A stretch of DNA of 64,000 bases from Pseudobdellovibrionaceae bacterium. Its GTDB lineage: Bacteria; Bdellovibrionota; Bdellovibrionia; Bdellovibrionales; Bdellovibrionaceae. Position 1 is the stretch's first letter. Every line of letters begins with the position of its first letter. Shown one piece after another: positions 1 to 10,353 of the stretch. The position numbers and the translations under genes are program-made. Location: assembly GCA_039810425.1 (NCBI GenBank), contig JBDHWW010000001.1, positions 108,652 to 172,651 of the forward strand. Direction: 5' to 3'. The notes beneath the pieces are model-generated. The model was not told the DNA's origin. It made no database searches and worked only from the letters and a program-made list of their open reading frames with translations.

Positions 1-119
1 CATTTGCACAAGTCGATATTCAATACGATGAGCGTATCGGCGAATCGAAATTGTCGATTTTCTTTGATGGATTTCGCTTTCTCAGAAGTATTTTTTATCA
101 TTCCTTCAGAGATATTTAG
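1..119 (+). CDS. 3' end of a GT2 (DPM1-like) glycosyltransferase, partial
   Basis: Frame 3 reads FAQVDIQYDERIGESKLSIFFDGFRFLRSIFYHSFRDI*, resembling the Y-x-x-R-x-GESK...DG tail of DPM1-like GT2 enzymes. TAG at 117-119 overlaps the next GTG start. Confidence 0.65.
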   Translation, partial: FAQVDIQYDERIGESKLSIFFDGFRFLRSIFYHSFRDI

Positions 120-1015
120 TGCAGCTCACCATTGTCATTCCTTCAGTAGAACTGTCGGCTAAGCAAGAGGATCTTCTGGAATCTTGCCTTTCGCAAACGA
201 TGCCTAAAACGGACTACGAGATCATTGTCGTCTATTCATCTTTAAATTGCCGAAAACAGATTCGAAAATATGACAACGAGCCTATTCAATTTGTTTTCTT
301 AGAGGAAAAAAATGTCAGCAAAGCACGTAACCTGGGGGTCCAGCTATCCAAAGGAACCCGAGTGCTTTTTCTTGACGATGACGTAGTTTTGCCTTCCAAA
401 GAGTATTTAGCGAGTCTTTGTGCTACCGTAAAACAGCTGCCCGTCCAGAGCATTGTGGGTGGTGGCTATGAGACGGCATGGGGTTCATCCTTGGTCTTAG
501 ATGCGAGCAATTCTATTGCGAACCTTTGGATTATTTCGGGACTGAGTCCTTTGGAAGGCGCCAAAAATATTTCGCGGGCGAAATTTCTTGTTGGGGGAGC
601 GCTGACTGCTGATAAAAATACTCTTAGTGAAATTCCTTTTCCAGAGGAAGTTTCGTGGGGTGGTGAAGATACTATTTTTTTACAGCGAGCGATCTCAAAG
701 AATATGTGTGCCTTCTACTGCAGTAGCCTGAATGTCATTCATAACGGCAATTCATCTATAAAGAAATTTGTAGTCCGCTCCTGGCTGAGTGGAAAAACCG
801 TTTCGCGATTCCAGGTGCCCTCAATTCCCTTTGGCAAGAAGCTGGGTCTTCTTTTGGATCATAGAACTAGCCGTCTATTTTTTCAGCTGCCATTGGTGTG
901 GCTACACTTTGTCGTTTTAACGCTTTCAGAATTATTCTACCGATTCCCAAGGTATAACCATAGAGATAGGAAGCCACGGTCCCATTCAAAAATACGATCC
1001 ATGGAAAAAAATTAA
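119..1015 (+). CDS. Glycosyltransferase family 2
   Basis: TIVIP start, YEIIVV, SKARNLG, LFLDDD (DxD) and GGED motifs. Confidence 0.85.
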   Translation: MQLTIVIPSVELSAKQEDLLESCLSQTMPKTDYEIIVVYSSLNCRKQIRKYDNEPIQFVFLEEKNVSKARNLGVQLSKGTRVLFLDDDVVLPSKEYLASLCATVKQLPVQSIVGGGYETAWGSSLVLDASNSIANLWIISGLSPLEGAKNISRAKFLVGGALTADKNTLSEIPFPEEVSWGGEDTIFLQRAISKNMCAFYCSSLNVIHNGNSSIKKFVVRSWLSGKTVSRFQVPSIPFGKKLGLLLDHRTSRLFFQLPLVWLHFVVLTLSELFYRFPRYNHRDRKPRSHSKIRSMEKN

Positions 1016-1955
1016 ACCATTGGGGGCTTAAACTCCAGGTACTGATCGGCACGAGCATGGCTAAGGCCAGCAGTACCAAAGTTGAGGCTTTAGGATAGAT
1101 CAGAATCATGCTCCCTAGCATGAAGACCGCCAGTAAAGGGAGCCAGCGGACGATGCCGACATGCCGAGGATGCATTAAAATAATGTGGGGTTGTGCAGAC
1201 CCGTACTTTGACACCTTCTTAAACCAAACTATAAAATTGGTTTTATCGTAGTGTTCAACCTCGATATTTGGCGCCATGTAAATATCAAATCCATGGATTC
1301 TGAGGCGCATGTTCATTTCTAAATCTTCTCCGGCCCTGCTAAAATCTTCATTGAAGCCTCCGACGGCCTTTAAAGATGATGTTTTGTAGAGAATGTTGCA
1401 AGTGGGCATATGCGACACTTTTTTCAGATGAGATGCCGGCAGAAGTTGGGTGGAACCTAAATAAAGCAGGGGGTTTCGTTTAAGTAGGCGGCAGCAAGTA
1501 TAGAATACGTTATCACTGATATGCGGAGGGATGTTCTCACCCCCCACGGCCGCGAACGCAGCGCTGTCCAGTTGCTCAAACAAATTCAAATAATTTAAAA
1601 GCCAATCTGCCCCTTGCGGGCAGCAATCCGCATCAAGAAAGATCAGTGCATCGTAAGACGCCGCTAGTAGTGCCTTGTTTCTGGCGCGCCCCATGTTGTT
1701 AACATCGGTCGAAATTATTTGATATTGTAGGTTGTTGGTTTGGCAAAACTCCTCAATATAAAATGTGCAATTTAGATCTGAGCAATTATTGATAAAGAGA
1801 AACTCAACTGGGATCTCTGAAGTGAGGCGAAATTTTAAAAGCGAAGGCACGACGGCGCTGAGGCAGCGAATAATATTGGCGCCTTCATTGTGGAAAACGA
1901 TACTGATGGAAACACCTTTTGTTACAGGAGGATCTAGCAGCTTCAATTTTTCCAT
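867..1955 (-). CDS. Glycosyltransferase family 2 with C-terminal TM helices
   Basis: RARNKA, IFLDADC, GGFNEDF..AGEDLE motifs and hydrophobic C-terminus. Start moved to ATG 1955 (MEKLKL) to avoid overlap with the upstream gene. Confidence 0.85.
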   Translation of the reverse strand: MEKLKLLDPPVTKGVSISIVFHNEGANIIRCLSAVVPSLLKFRLTSEIPVEFLFINNCSDLNCTFYIEEFCQTNNLQYQIISTDVNNMGRARNKALLAASYDALIFLDADCCPQGADWLLNYLNLFEQLDSAAFAAVGGENIPPHISDNVFYTCCRLLKRNPLLYLGSTQLLPASHLKKVSHMPTCNILYKTSSLKAVGGFNEDFSRAGEDLEMNMRLRIHGFDIYMAPNIEVEHYDKTNFIVWFKKVSKYGSAQPHIILMHPRHVGIVRWLPLLAVFMLGSMILIYPKASTLVLLALAMLVPISTWSLSPQWFNFFPWIVFLNGTVASYLYGYTLGIGRIILKALKRQSVATPMAAEKIDG

Positions 1956-1965
1956 GCCGTAGTCG

Positions 1966-3120
1966 CTAGAGTTGTGTAGGGGCTTCGGCGTCCGCGAAGC
2001 TCGTTTCCATTGGAGTACTGACGTCAAAGCCAAGGGCGCTCATCACGAGGCTTGCTTGAGAAAGAGCGCCTATAAGATTCTTCTGCGCATTTACGGGGCC
2101 GGAGGCCACCCAAAAGTTGTTCAGACCGGGAAGTGATTGATTGCCATTGAGCTTTAGTTCGCCATTACCCGCGATTTGCGGAGCCACGACGATCCGCTCA
2201 AGCTTAAGGGACTCGAGGGCTTCCGGATAAGCACGTTTAATTTGGCGTTTGATTTTTTTCAAAGCAGCACCGACCACTTCACTGTCTTCCGTCACTTCGT
2301 CTTCAATAAAGGTCATCCATTGGGACGCTTGCAAATTTTGCTCGCCTTCCGTCACCGCCGCAGAGAAACGGCCCACGCAAGGCCCGATTTCATCTTCAGT
2401 TGTACCATTGAGAACGTGCATAGACGTCACCTCAGTGACCGCGCGCGCGTGGCAGATATCAAGGCATAAAGCGGTCCAGTAAGTATTCTTACTGAGTCTT
2501 TGGCGGGAGCGCATAGAGAGGGCATCTTCGGGCAACAAGATTGCGAGTTCCTTTACTGAGCCGCAAAAGATAAAATTATGCGCGCTCAGAGTTTTTGCGC
2601 CGTTGATGGTGATTTGTGTCGCGGTTTCGCCGACAGCATGCACTTTAGTCACATAAGATCTTGGTATAAAATCGCCTTTGAATTTTTCAAACAGCAATTG
2701 CGTCCAAGCATAAGGTTCCAATTTCAACCCAAGGCTTTTGTTGGCTGTGAAGTAGTTCAACTCCTCGTAGAAGGGCGGCGGGTTTTCACCAAAACCAACA
2801 AAAGGTTTGAACGTACCTGAGGCGTAGGTAAGCGGCGGCAGCTCTTGGCTTTCGCCAGCAATTTTCAGTCCCAGAATATTTCCAAGAAAGTCGATCGCAT
2901 GGCGCGCACTTTCGGTGTCAGGAACAAAACGAAGACCGTTGTTGGTAACACCAGTTGGAAATTTAATTGCACGGTTCATTCCACCCGCAACGTCGCCGCT
3001 TTCAAGCAAAGCGATGTTGTCGGTGAAGCGGCTTAGTGCCGCTGCGATACTCAAGCCACTGAGCCCACTCCCGATAATTGCATAATCATAAACGTGATTT
3101 TGAGATTTTTTCTGAGCCAT
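1966..3120 (-). CDS. FAD/NAD(P)-binding oxidoreductase-like protein
   Basis: N-terminal Rossmann motif YDYAIIGSGLSGL...LLE....GG. Confidence 0.7.
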   Translation of the reverse strand: MAQKKSQNHVYDYAIIGSGLSGLSIAAALSRFTDNIALLESGDVAGGMNRAIKFPTGVTNNGLRFVPDTESARHAIDFLGNILGLKIAGESQELPPLTYASGTFKPFVGFGENPPPFYEELNYFTANKSLGLKLEPYAWTQLLFEKFKGDFIPRSYVTKVHAVGETATQITINGAKTLSAHNFIFCGSVKELAILLPEDALSMRSRQRLSKNTYWTALCLDICHARAVTEVTSMHVLNGTTEDEIGPCVGRFSAAVTEGEQNLQASQWMTFIEDEVTEDSEVVGAALKKIKRQIKRAYPEALESLKLERIVVAPQIAGNGELKLNGNQSLPGLNNFWVASGPVNAQKNLIGALSQASLVMSALGFDVSTPMETSFADAEAPTQL

Positions 3121-3173
3121 CTTTCTACCATCACCGCCGACGACAGGCTTTGCAAGCGCAAAGATGACAGAAA

Positions 3174-4004
3174 CTACCTAACGCATTTAATCAAAAGGCG
3201 CAAAAGGCTGCGGACCGCGGGTTTGGCCCAGGAGTGCTTGTCGAGTAAGCAAGCGATCCGGGGTGAAACACGATAGTACCATTTAGTGAAGAAACGCCCC
3301 CATGTGCGCTTTTTCAAGTGATGATCGCGGAAAAAGCGCAGTTGTTGTACCTCCAACGCGTAAGCACTTTCAAATGCAGACGTTGCAACAAAGCAACGTG
3401 GGCGGCTTTCAGAGGACATCTTGAGGAATTGCTTAATGACAGCGGGGTTTTTCGCGGACCTTTGGAAAATCTCTGCTTTACGAATGATGTCTGGATAGAT
3501 AGGGGTGAAACGAATAAAAATCGACAATTGTTTGGCGGCCGCTGACTGGCGCTCAGCATACCGCTCACTGGTGTCGTAAATCCTCAATAGGTCCCAGTAA
3601 ACAGAGGCCACCACGGTCAGTTCTGTGTGGCGGGCGCTTTCTTTGAAAAGTTCGGGTTTGAGTTCGCCTTTTTTGCAATCAAAGACAATCTCCATGATCT
3701 TGATATATTTTTCATAAGCCGCCGCCGCTTCAGAATACATTTTTTGACCCATGCAAGTACGGGCTTGCTTGATCAATTGCACCCGATTTTTCCAGAGGTT
3801 CAGTCGATGTTGTTCTTTCGCGCGCTCTTGCGCCATCAGAACGCCGCCGCTACTGGCAGCGACAATTCTTTGCATCTCTGTAATGCAACCCACGCAAACC
3901 TGCCCCGGCGCGGATTCGCCGGACGCCTGCAGCTTCATTACAATATCACCAGGGACTGGATGTAATTCTGTTACTTGGATTCCACAACGGGGGCATTGGA
4001 TCAT
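3174..4004 (-). CDS. CFI-box-CTERM domain protein with N-terminal Cys motifs
   Basis: C-terminal CFVATSAF...EVQQLRFFRD..L....GRFF..WYY..SP..A is the CFI-box-CTERM pattern. N-terminal CPRC...CVGC; TPR-like middle. Confidence 0.8.
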   Translation of the reverse strand: MIQCPRCGIQVTELHPVPGDIVMKLQASGESAPGQVCVGCITEMQRIVAASSGGVLMAQERAKEQHRLNLWKNRVQLIKQARTCMGQKMYSEAAAAYEKYIKIMEIVFDCKKGELKPELFKESARHTELTVVASVYWDLLRIYDTSERYAERQSAAAKQLSIFIRFTPIYPDIIRKAEIFQRSAKNPAVIKQFLKMSSESRPRCFVATSAFESAYALEVQQLRFFRDHHLKKRTWGRFFTKWYYRVSPRIACLLDKHSWAKPAVRSLLRLLIKCVR

Positions 4005-4016
4005 TCTTTAATGCTA

Positions 4017-6071
4017 CTAAAGTAAATTCATAGGGTCTACATCAAGAAGGATTTTAATACCTGTGGGTAACCATTCTTCATGACCCATCGTTTGTCGAGC
4101 AAACGTATTGATCACATTGGATTGCGGTCCTTTTAGGAGCAAGTGAAAACGGAATTGCCCCCGCAGCTTTGCCAGGGGAGCTTCTGCCGGACCCAGGATT
4201 TCCACGAGTTCATATTGAGGAAACTGGGCCCTCAAAGCTTGAGCGCGCTTAGCCAAAAGTCGAGCGGCATCTTGAACAACCCTCAAGTGGTTTCCTTGAA
4301 TACGGAAACCAATAATTTTTCCTGCGGGTGGATAGCCCAATTGGGACCGGTTTGTTAACTCTTGCTGAGCAAAGCCCTCGAAGTCATGTTTCTGTGCGTA
4401 GATAAGGCTTTCGTGCTCAGGATTGAAAGTTTGGATAATCACGCACCCGGGGCTTTCACCCACTTTGATATGACGGCCGGAGCGACCGCTCATTTGTGTG
4501 ATTAACTGAAAACTTCTTTCAGTCGCACGGAAATCCGGCAAATTAAAACCAACATCGGCAAGGACAAGTCCCACGAGTTTCAACTTCGGAAAATCGAGGC
4601 CCTTTGCGATCATCTGTGTTCCAACCAGAATATCAATTGTGCCGTCCTCCATCTCAGCAATGAGATTTTCAAGATCCGCGCGGTTCTGAATTTCATCGCG
4701 GTCCGCACGAGCCACTTTTTTACCGGGGAAAAGCGCGGTCAGGTCTTTTTCTAAAAGCTCCGTCCCCAGACCCATTGCCTCGAGATGCCCTTCGGAACAA
4801 TCCGGGCATTTTTCTTTGAAACTCTCGTGATAGTCACAGTAGTGGCAGACGAGGTGCGAATGATGATGCAACGTCAGGTTAATATCGCAATTCGGACACT
4901 CACGAGTGTGACCGCATGCCGGGCAGATCACCATCTGTGCAACGCCCCGGCGATTCAGAAACAGTGCCGCCTGGTCGCCGTTTTCTAGAGTGGCTTTCAT
5001 TTTCTCAAATAGCCGCGGGCTCATCCAGAATGGGACTTCAGAGTATCTTTCTTGTTTTTCTTTTTGCGCTTCTTCAGAGGCCTTTTCCCCGCGTAAGTCC
5101 ACCACCAGCATTTCTGGTAGGGACCGGTTCGCGACACGGTTTCTGAGAGTATGAAGGTGATATTTTCCTTCCGTCGCATTTTTCCAAGTTTCCAGGCTTG
5201 GAGTGGCCGAGCCTAAAACAATCGGGCAGTTTGCTTGCTTTGCCAACATCACCGCCGCATCACGCCCGTGGTACTTCAACTTTTCGTCTTGTTTGTAACT
5301 GGGCTCATGCTCCTCATCGACAATGATAAGACCCAGATTTTGAATCGGGCAGAACAGGGCGGAGCGCGCGCCTATCAAAATCGATTTACGCCCTTCGACG
5401 ATATCCCACCACTGAGTCGTGCGTTCACGATCTGTGAGTTGGGAGTGAAGGGCGGCGATCTTGTCGCCGAAACGGCGAACAAAACGCTGAATCAGCTGCG
5501 GCGTCAAAGAGATCTCGGGGACGAGAACGATCCCAATTTTACCCTGCGCCAACGTTTGCTCCAGCAGACGTAAGTAGACTTCAGTCTTACCGGACCCGGT
5601 GACGCCAAAAACCAAGTGCGACGAAAACGCATCGAACCTCGCGATGCCATCGACGGTTTGTCTTTGCTCCAGGGTCAATTCTGGAGGGGTATCCGCTTTC
5701 ATATCCGGAATCACCGGCGGGCGCTTGGATTTGCGAAGCTTTTCTTTTCTTTCTAGCGGCGGGTAAGTCAATTGAACGACTTGGCCGATCGGATGGATAT
5801 AGTAGTGCGCCAGCCACTCCAGCCATTTGATAAAATGTTCCGGCAAAGTTGGATATTCTTCATCCAAACTCGCGATGGCTTTTAACTTAATTTCTGGATC
5901 AAGAGCGGCTGTTGAAGGACCAAGAACGAGTCCCTTGGTGACACGTTTTCCGAGTGGGACGTTCACCAACTGGCCTCTTTGCAGCGGTGGAAGTTCCGGG
6001 GCGTGCAAGTAGGTCAGGGCCTCTGGAAGTGGAGCATCAACAGCGATCTTCCAGAAAGGCGTCTCGGTCAT
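4017..6071 (-). CDS. priA: Primosomal protein N' (replication restart helicase)
   Basis: GVTGSGKTEVY, LVPEISLTPQ, DEEHEPSYKQ, Cys-rich zinc region, GTQMIAKGLDFP, DVDP C-terminus. Confidence 0.97.
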   Translation of the reverse strand: MTETPFWKIAVDAPLPEALTYLHAPELPPLQRGQLVNVPLGKRVTKGLVLGPSTAALDPEIKLKAIASLDEEYPTLPEHFIKWLEWLAHYYIHPIGQVVQLTYPPLERKEKLRKSKRPPVIPDMKADTPPELTLEQRQTVDGIARFDAFSSHLVFGVTGSGKTEVYLRLLEQTLAQGKIGIVLVPEISLTPQLIQRFVRRFGDKIAALHSQLTDRERTTQWWDIVEGRKSILIGARSALFCPIQNLGLIIVDEEHEPSYKQDEKLKYHGRDAAVMLAKQANCPIVLGSATPSLETWKNATEGKYHLHTLRNRVANRSLPEMLVVDLRGEKASEEAQKEKQERYSEVPFWMSPRLFEKMKATLENGDQAALFLNRRGVAQMVICPACGHTRECPNCDINLTLHHHSHLVCHYCDYHESFKEKCPDCSEGHLEAMGLGTELLEKDLTALFPGKKVARADRDEIQNRADLENLIAEMEDGTIDILVGTQMIAKGLDFPKLKLVGLVLADVGFNLPDFRATERSFQLITQMSGRSGRHIKVGESPGCVIIQTFNPEHESLIYAQKHDFEGFAQQELTNRSQLGYPPAGKIIGFRIQGNHLRVVQDAARLLAKRAQALRAQFPQYELVEILGPAEAPLAKLRGQFRFHLLLKGPQSNVINTFARQTMGHEEWLPTGIKILLDVDPMNLL

Positions 6072-6922
6072 CGAAACCTCGAGTAAAAGTCGAGAACGAC
6101 ATCTTTCGCAGGCTGATTGGCTAAACCATCCAGCTTCGCATTGATGTCAAGCGCAGACGATTGGAATGTATGGGCCGGCAAAGCTCCGCGGTGCGAAGTC
6201 ACCCCGATCAAACGGATCGTCACAGTGTTTTGACCCCAGCGGATCGTACGTACTTTTGGATAATTGAGCCCACGTGCATATTGATTATAATTATCCGCAG
6301 TTACTTCCACCTGGCTTGGCAAACGGAACTTACGAATCAAGAATTGATCTTGTTCAATCCAGAATCCCGGATTGCTGCTGCCATCCACCGGAGATGGGAC
6401 GCCAAATGCATAGTTCACAGTGCCGCCAGTGCGAGACAAACGAACGAATTCATCGGGTTCATATTTAAACGCCTCGAGATTTTTTTGCGGAAGCTTTTTC
6501 GCAAAGGCATTTGCCGGCAAGATTTTGAAATTCATCAAGGTGCTTGCCAACTGATCCGTTGAACGGAAGTTAAAATATTTTTCGAGGAAGTCTTCTGCAA
6601 TACGAGAGTTCTGTTTACTGCCGTTGTAAGACCAGCGCTGGCCACCAGCATAGATAAACTGCATTTTGATCTGATCTTTCAGATCTTTTGTTCCCGTTAC
6701 AGTCACTTTCATGGTGCGATCGTTTTCAATCAGCCAGGTTTCTTTCAAAAACAAAGAGTCCTGAGCGTTGTTGAACTGAACTTCTTGCTCGATGGAGTAA
6801 ACACCACTGCCGGCATTTTCAGCTGTTCTTTGCAAAATCATGCGAGCTGGTGGAATGTAGGCAAACGCCACCGGTATAAAAGCGACCAGTGAGACCAATA
6901 GAATTGAGATTTTTTTCATCAT
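6068..6922 (-). CDS. Secreted hypothetical protein
   Basis: Signal peptide (MKKISILLVSLVAFIPVAFA); overlap-coupled between galU and priA. Confidence 0.75.
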   Translation of the reverse strand: MMKKISILLVSLVAFIPVAFAYIPPARMILQRTAENAGSGVYSIEQEVQFNNAQDSLFLKETWLIENDRTMKVTVTGTKDLKDQIKMQFIYAGGQRWSYNGSKQNSRIAEDFLEKYFNFRSTDQLASTLMNFKILPANAFAKKLPQKNLEAFKYEPDEFVRLSRTGGTVNYAFGVPSPVDGSSNPGFWIEQDQFLIRKFRLPSQVEVTADNYNQYARGLNYPKVRTIRWGQNTVTIRLIGVTSHRGALPAHTFQSSALDINAKLDGLANQPAKDVVLDFYSRFR

Positions 6923-7818
6923 GCGAAAGTTCCGTTCTTAAGTTTTTCTGACACCTGCAGAATATAGTCCTTAAGCCCGGCTTGCAATTCTGGATTTCGG
7001 AGTCCCAGCTCTATATTGGCCTGAAGATAACCTAATTTATCACCCGCATCAAAACGGCTGGCCTTAAACGTCATTGCATTGAGGCCCTTTTGATCACAAA
7101 GCACCTTCATGCTGTCCGTGAGCTGAATTTCACCACCCAGGGAGGGTTTTGCGTGCTTCAAAATTTCCATGAGTTCGCCATCAAAAACGTAGCGGCCCGG
7201 CAGAGCCCAACGGCTTTTGGTCTCTGTGGACTTGGGTTTTTCGACCAACGACGTTACTTTAAAAAGGCCTGATTTTTGCTCATCAACTTCCGCGATGCCG
7301 TATTTGGAAACATCTTTTGCTGGAACTTCCATGATCGCAATTGTTGAAGTGTCCGTTTCATTGAACGAGTTCACGAGTTGCGCCGTTACGTTGGGTTCAC
7401 CATGGAAGCCCATAGTGATTTCATCACCGAGTAAAACCGCGAAAGGATCTTTACCGACAATCGGCTGACCCATCAATACCGCGTGACCCAAACCCAGAGC
7501 CTGTTTCTGGCGGATACTGATGATGTTCGCCATGTTACGGATTTTGGTCAGACGCTCAAGCAAATGACTTTTTCCATCTTTGGCCAAGCGGTCCTCAAGT
7601 TCATAGGAAGTATCAAAGAAATCTTCGATGGCGTGCTTTCCGCGCCCTGCAATCAGCACAATGTCTTCGATACCAGCCTTTACGGCTTCTTCGACGACAT
7701 AGAAAATGATTGGGGCATCCACAATCGTGAGCATCTCTTTAGGGACTGTTTTAGTTGCCGGAAGGAAACGAGTTCCTAACCCGGCAGCCGGGATAATTGC
7801 TTTTTTTACTTTAGACAT
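6919..7818 (-). CDS. galU: UTP-glucose-1-phosphate uridylyltransferase
   Basis: KAIIPAAGLGTRFLPATK..PKEML, GLGHAV, VEKP, GGEIQLTD. Confidence 0.95.
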   Translation of the reverse strand: MSKVKKAIIPAAGLGTRFLPATKTVPKEMLTIVDAPIIFYVVEEAVKAGIEDIVLIAGRGKHAIEDFFDTSYELEDRLAKDGKSHLLERLTKIRNMANIISIRQKQALGLGHAVLMGQPIVGKDPFAVLLGDEITMGFHGEPNVTAQLVNSFNETDTSTIAIMEVPAKDVSKYGIAEVDEQKSGLFKVTSLVEKPKSTETKSRWALPGRYVFDGELMEILKHAKPSLGGEIQLTDSMKVLCDQKGLNAMTFKASRFDAGDKLGYLQANIELGLRNPELQAGLKDYILQVSEKLKNGTFA

Positions 7819-7944
7819 GTTTAATAAGTCTCAGACGTTTCATTTTAAGACAAGTCCTAAACCCGCCTGTCTCAATTTGTAGTAGGCGCCGCTTTTTGGA
7901 ACAGCGCTCAGAATGAACGTGTTACTCTGAACTCGGGGGATTCT

Positions 7945-9225
7945 ATGAGGGCCGACGTGCGTAGTTATCTGCTAAAATCGTTATCTGCTGTTTTTGCGTG
8001 CGGAACGCTCGTTTTTGCCTTTCAAAACTGCGGAAAAGCAGGCTTTGATTCGGCAGCTGAGACAACTGAAAATCTTGCTTCTGTGGGTTCAGACAGTGCG
8101 GCTCCTTTCGCATTCAATGCAACTTTTGATCAGATTACTTATAACTCTTGTTTTGGCATAGGCCTTAGCGCAAACCCCGGCTATTTCACAATCAAGGCCG
8201 GATCCTATGATGGCGGGGGTGTGAATTTAACCTCAAACTTCGTTAGCTATGTGAACTCAAAACTCAAACCACAGTATCCTGCAACGACTGTCACCGTTGA
8301 ACAGATGAAGTCCTATGTTGGTGAAACTGTTGAAAACAACTTGGCAACACTGCAAATGGCTCTGCGCACCCGCGGCGCGCCACAACAAGTGCGCAACCCA
8401 ACCGGTTCAAACCCCGCTTTGAATACCGACTATGTGAACCTGATGACCGATTTGACTGATGACCGCATCATGGAGCCTGTGTTCAGATCGATGGGAGCTG
8501 TTGTGAACTACTTCCCATTGGCGGCGACGGCGGCTCAGCGCGTGATGGAAGCTAAAATCACTTACAATGGTGATGAAGGTGTTGCTTATAGCCTTCGCAA
8601 CGATCTTTCCAACAACGGTATGCTTGCGTTGACTTACACAGGCCCTACGGGAACCTCCGCATATGCGGCGAGAATGCCTTCGTCAACTACAGACGCGTCC
8701 ATTGCTTACGGCCGAGGCTATATGATGCAGTTCGCGGCGGATATCGCTCCGTTGACTCAAGCGATCGCTCAAAGCACAGCAGTGGCTCCGAATTCGCGCA
8801 ATCCGAACAATATTCTTGTTGGTATTCAAGAGACGGATCTTGCGAATCCTTCGGCAGTTGGAGCGAGCTGGGACTGTTCAAGCTCGGTGGATGGACGAGG
8901 TGCTCGTCGTTATGCGATCGTGAAACCTGCGGATGCTCCTATTTTTTGTCCAGCGGACTCCATTGATCGTATGGGTAGCCCGAACTATCGCCGCGAACTT
9001 GAAATCATCCGTCGCCATTTGCCGGCTTCCCAATGGGATGTCAGCATTGACCGCCGTTGTGTCGTGCCGAAGTCGGGAACTTGCTATAATAATGCTGCCG
9101 GTACTTCAGAAGACACGGTTGAGTACGACCAAAGAAACGAATGTTATCAAGGTTTGCAAGGTCTTGCGAACCGGGACATTACAAAGCGCTGTGCCCAGTA
9201 TATTTCAATCTGCCTTCGCAACTAA
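7945..9225 (+). CDS. Exported Cys-containing hypothetical protein (FQNC-type signal)
   Basis: Hydrophobic signal ending LVFAFQNCG; Cys-rich C-terminus. Confidence 0.8.
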   Translation: MRADVRSYLLKSLSAVFACGTLVFAFQNCGKAGFDSAAETTENLASVGSDSAAPFAFNATFDQITYNSCFGIGLSANPGYFTIKAGSYDGGGVNLTSNFVSYVNSKLKPQYPATTVTVEQMKSYVGETVENNLATLQMALRTRGAPQQVRNPTGSNPALNTDYVNLMTDLTDDRIMEPVFRSMGAVVNYFPLAATAAQRVMEAKITYNGDEGVAYSLRNDLSNNGMLALTYTGPTGTSAYAARMPSSTTDASIAYGRGYMMQFAADIAPLTQAIAQSTAVAPNSRNPNNILVGIQETDLANPSAVGASWDCSSSVDGRGARRYAIVKPADAPIFCPADSIDRMGSPNYRRELEIIRRHLPASQWDVSIDRRCVVPKSGTCYNNAAGTSEDTVEYDQRNECYQGLQGLANRDITKRCAQYISICLRN

Positions 9226-9240
9226 GCGGTGGCTGCACTG

Positions 9241-10353
9241 TTAGAATTGCGCGACTTTCGCGTGTAATAAATTCTCGGCAAAAACCGGATAAGGGCGTAG
9301 GAACTTGAGCGGATCCACCATGCGTCCTTTTTGTCTGACGGCAAAGTGCAGGTGCGCTTTCGTGCAATAGCCGGTGCAGCCGACTTCGCCAACACGGTCG
9401 CCGGCGTTGAGTTTTAAGCCGAAGCGAATGCGGGCGTCGAGTTTGCGCATGTGATTGTACGAAGTCTCAACGCCGTTCCCATGCATCAGTACAATGTAAT
9501 TGCCGGCCGCCCTGTTCTTACCAAAGCGAACAACCGTGCCGTTGCGGGCGGCATAGATCGGAGTGCCCTCCGGCAGCTCAAAGTCCACGCCTAAGTGGGG
9601 CTGTATTTTACGAGTGATCGGGTGACGGCGATGAGGTTGGAATAAACTTGCCAAGCGAAGATAAGACACCGGCGCATAAAACGGCCGACTCTTCAGTAAG
9701 TCATTTTCCGTGATAAAAACACCGCCGTTTTTTTCGATCGTCACGTATCTTTTTTGAATGTTATTGCCACGTATCGCGAGGGAAGTTTGCAAAACCTCGC
9801 CATAGCGGATGAAGAATGGGCCATCGTATTTTTTCTCAACCGTCAGCCAGAACTTCGCTCCGCGCTCCAGGCCGCGATTCAAGTTGTAATCCATGATGTA
9901 GGCATCCACAAAACGCGATGCCACCCAGTTGCTATTCACCTTATTGAGAATGCTTGCCATCAGCGAGCCGCGGACCTGGCCGTCGTAACGAGCCACACTC
10001 GTTTTGAAAACGGCTTGAGCCTTCTTAGCTTCAAGACCCCGTGCTGACTTCTTGATTACAAAGACGATAGGCTCTTGCGGATCATACAGGCGCATTTCGG
10101 TTGTGCCCCCCTGGGTGCGAACCAGATACCCCACGTCGAGCTGCAAATACAGGTGACGCAGGTCCGGAGCCATCGCCAAGGCCTGGCCCCGCTCCGTTTC
10201 AGTAAAGCCATTGCGTTTCATCAAAGACACAACATTGTCGCCCGTCCGGACTTTTTTTGCGATAAAGCCATTGGCGCCGGCGAAAGCTCTTTGATAGGAT
10301 AACAGCGAAAAAATCATCCAACTCGTGAAGACGAAACGGTAGAGGTACTTCAA
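9241..10353 (-). CDS. M23 family metallopeptidase (peptidoglycan endopeptidase)
   Basis: HPIT...HLGVDF (HxxxD), YNHM, HLHF (HxH). AAAGGA RBS before the TTG start. Confidence 0.92.
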   Translation of the reverse strand: MKYLYRFVFTSWMIFSLLSYQRAFAGANGFIAKKVRTGDNVVSLMKRNGFTETERGQALAMAPDLRHLYLQLDVGYLVRTQGGTTEMRLYDPQEPIVFVIKKSARGLEAKKAQAVFKTSVARYDGQVRGSLMASILNKVNSNWVASRFVDAYIMDYNLNRGLERGAKFWLTVEKKYDGPFFIRYGEVLQTSLAIRGNNIQKRYVTIEKNGGVFITENDLLKSRPFYAPVSYLRLASLFQPHRRHPITRKIQPHLGVDFELPEGTPIYAARNGTVVRFGKNRAAGNYIVLMHGNGVETSYNHMRKLDARIRFGLKLNAGDRVGEVGCTGYCTKAHLHFAVRQKGRMVDPLKFLRPYPVFAENLLHAKVAQF

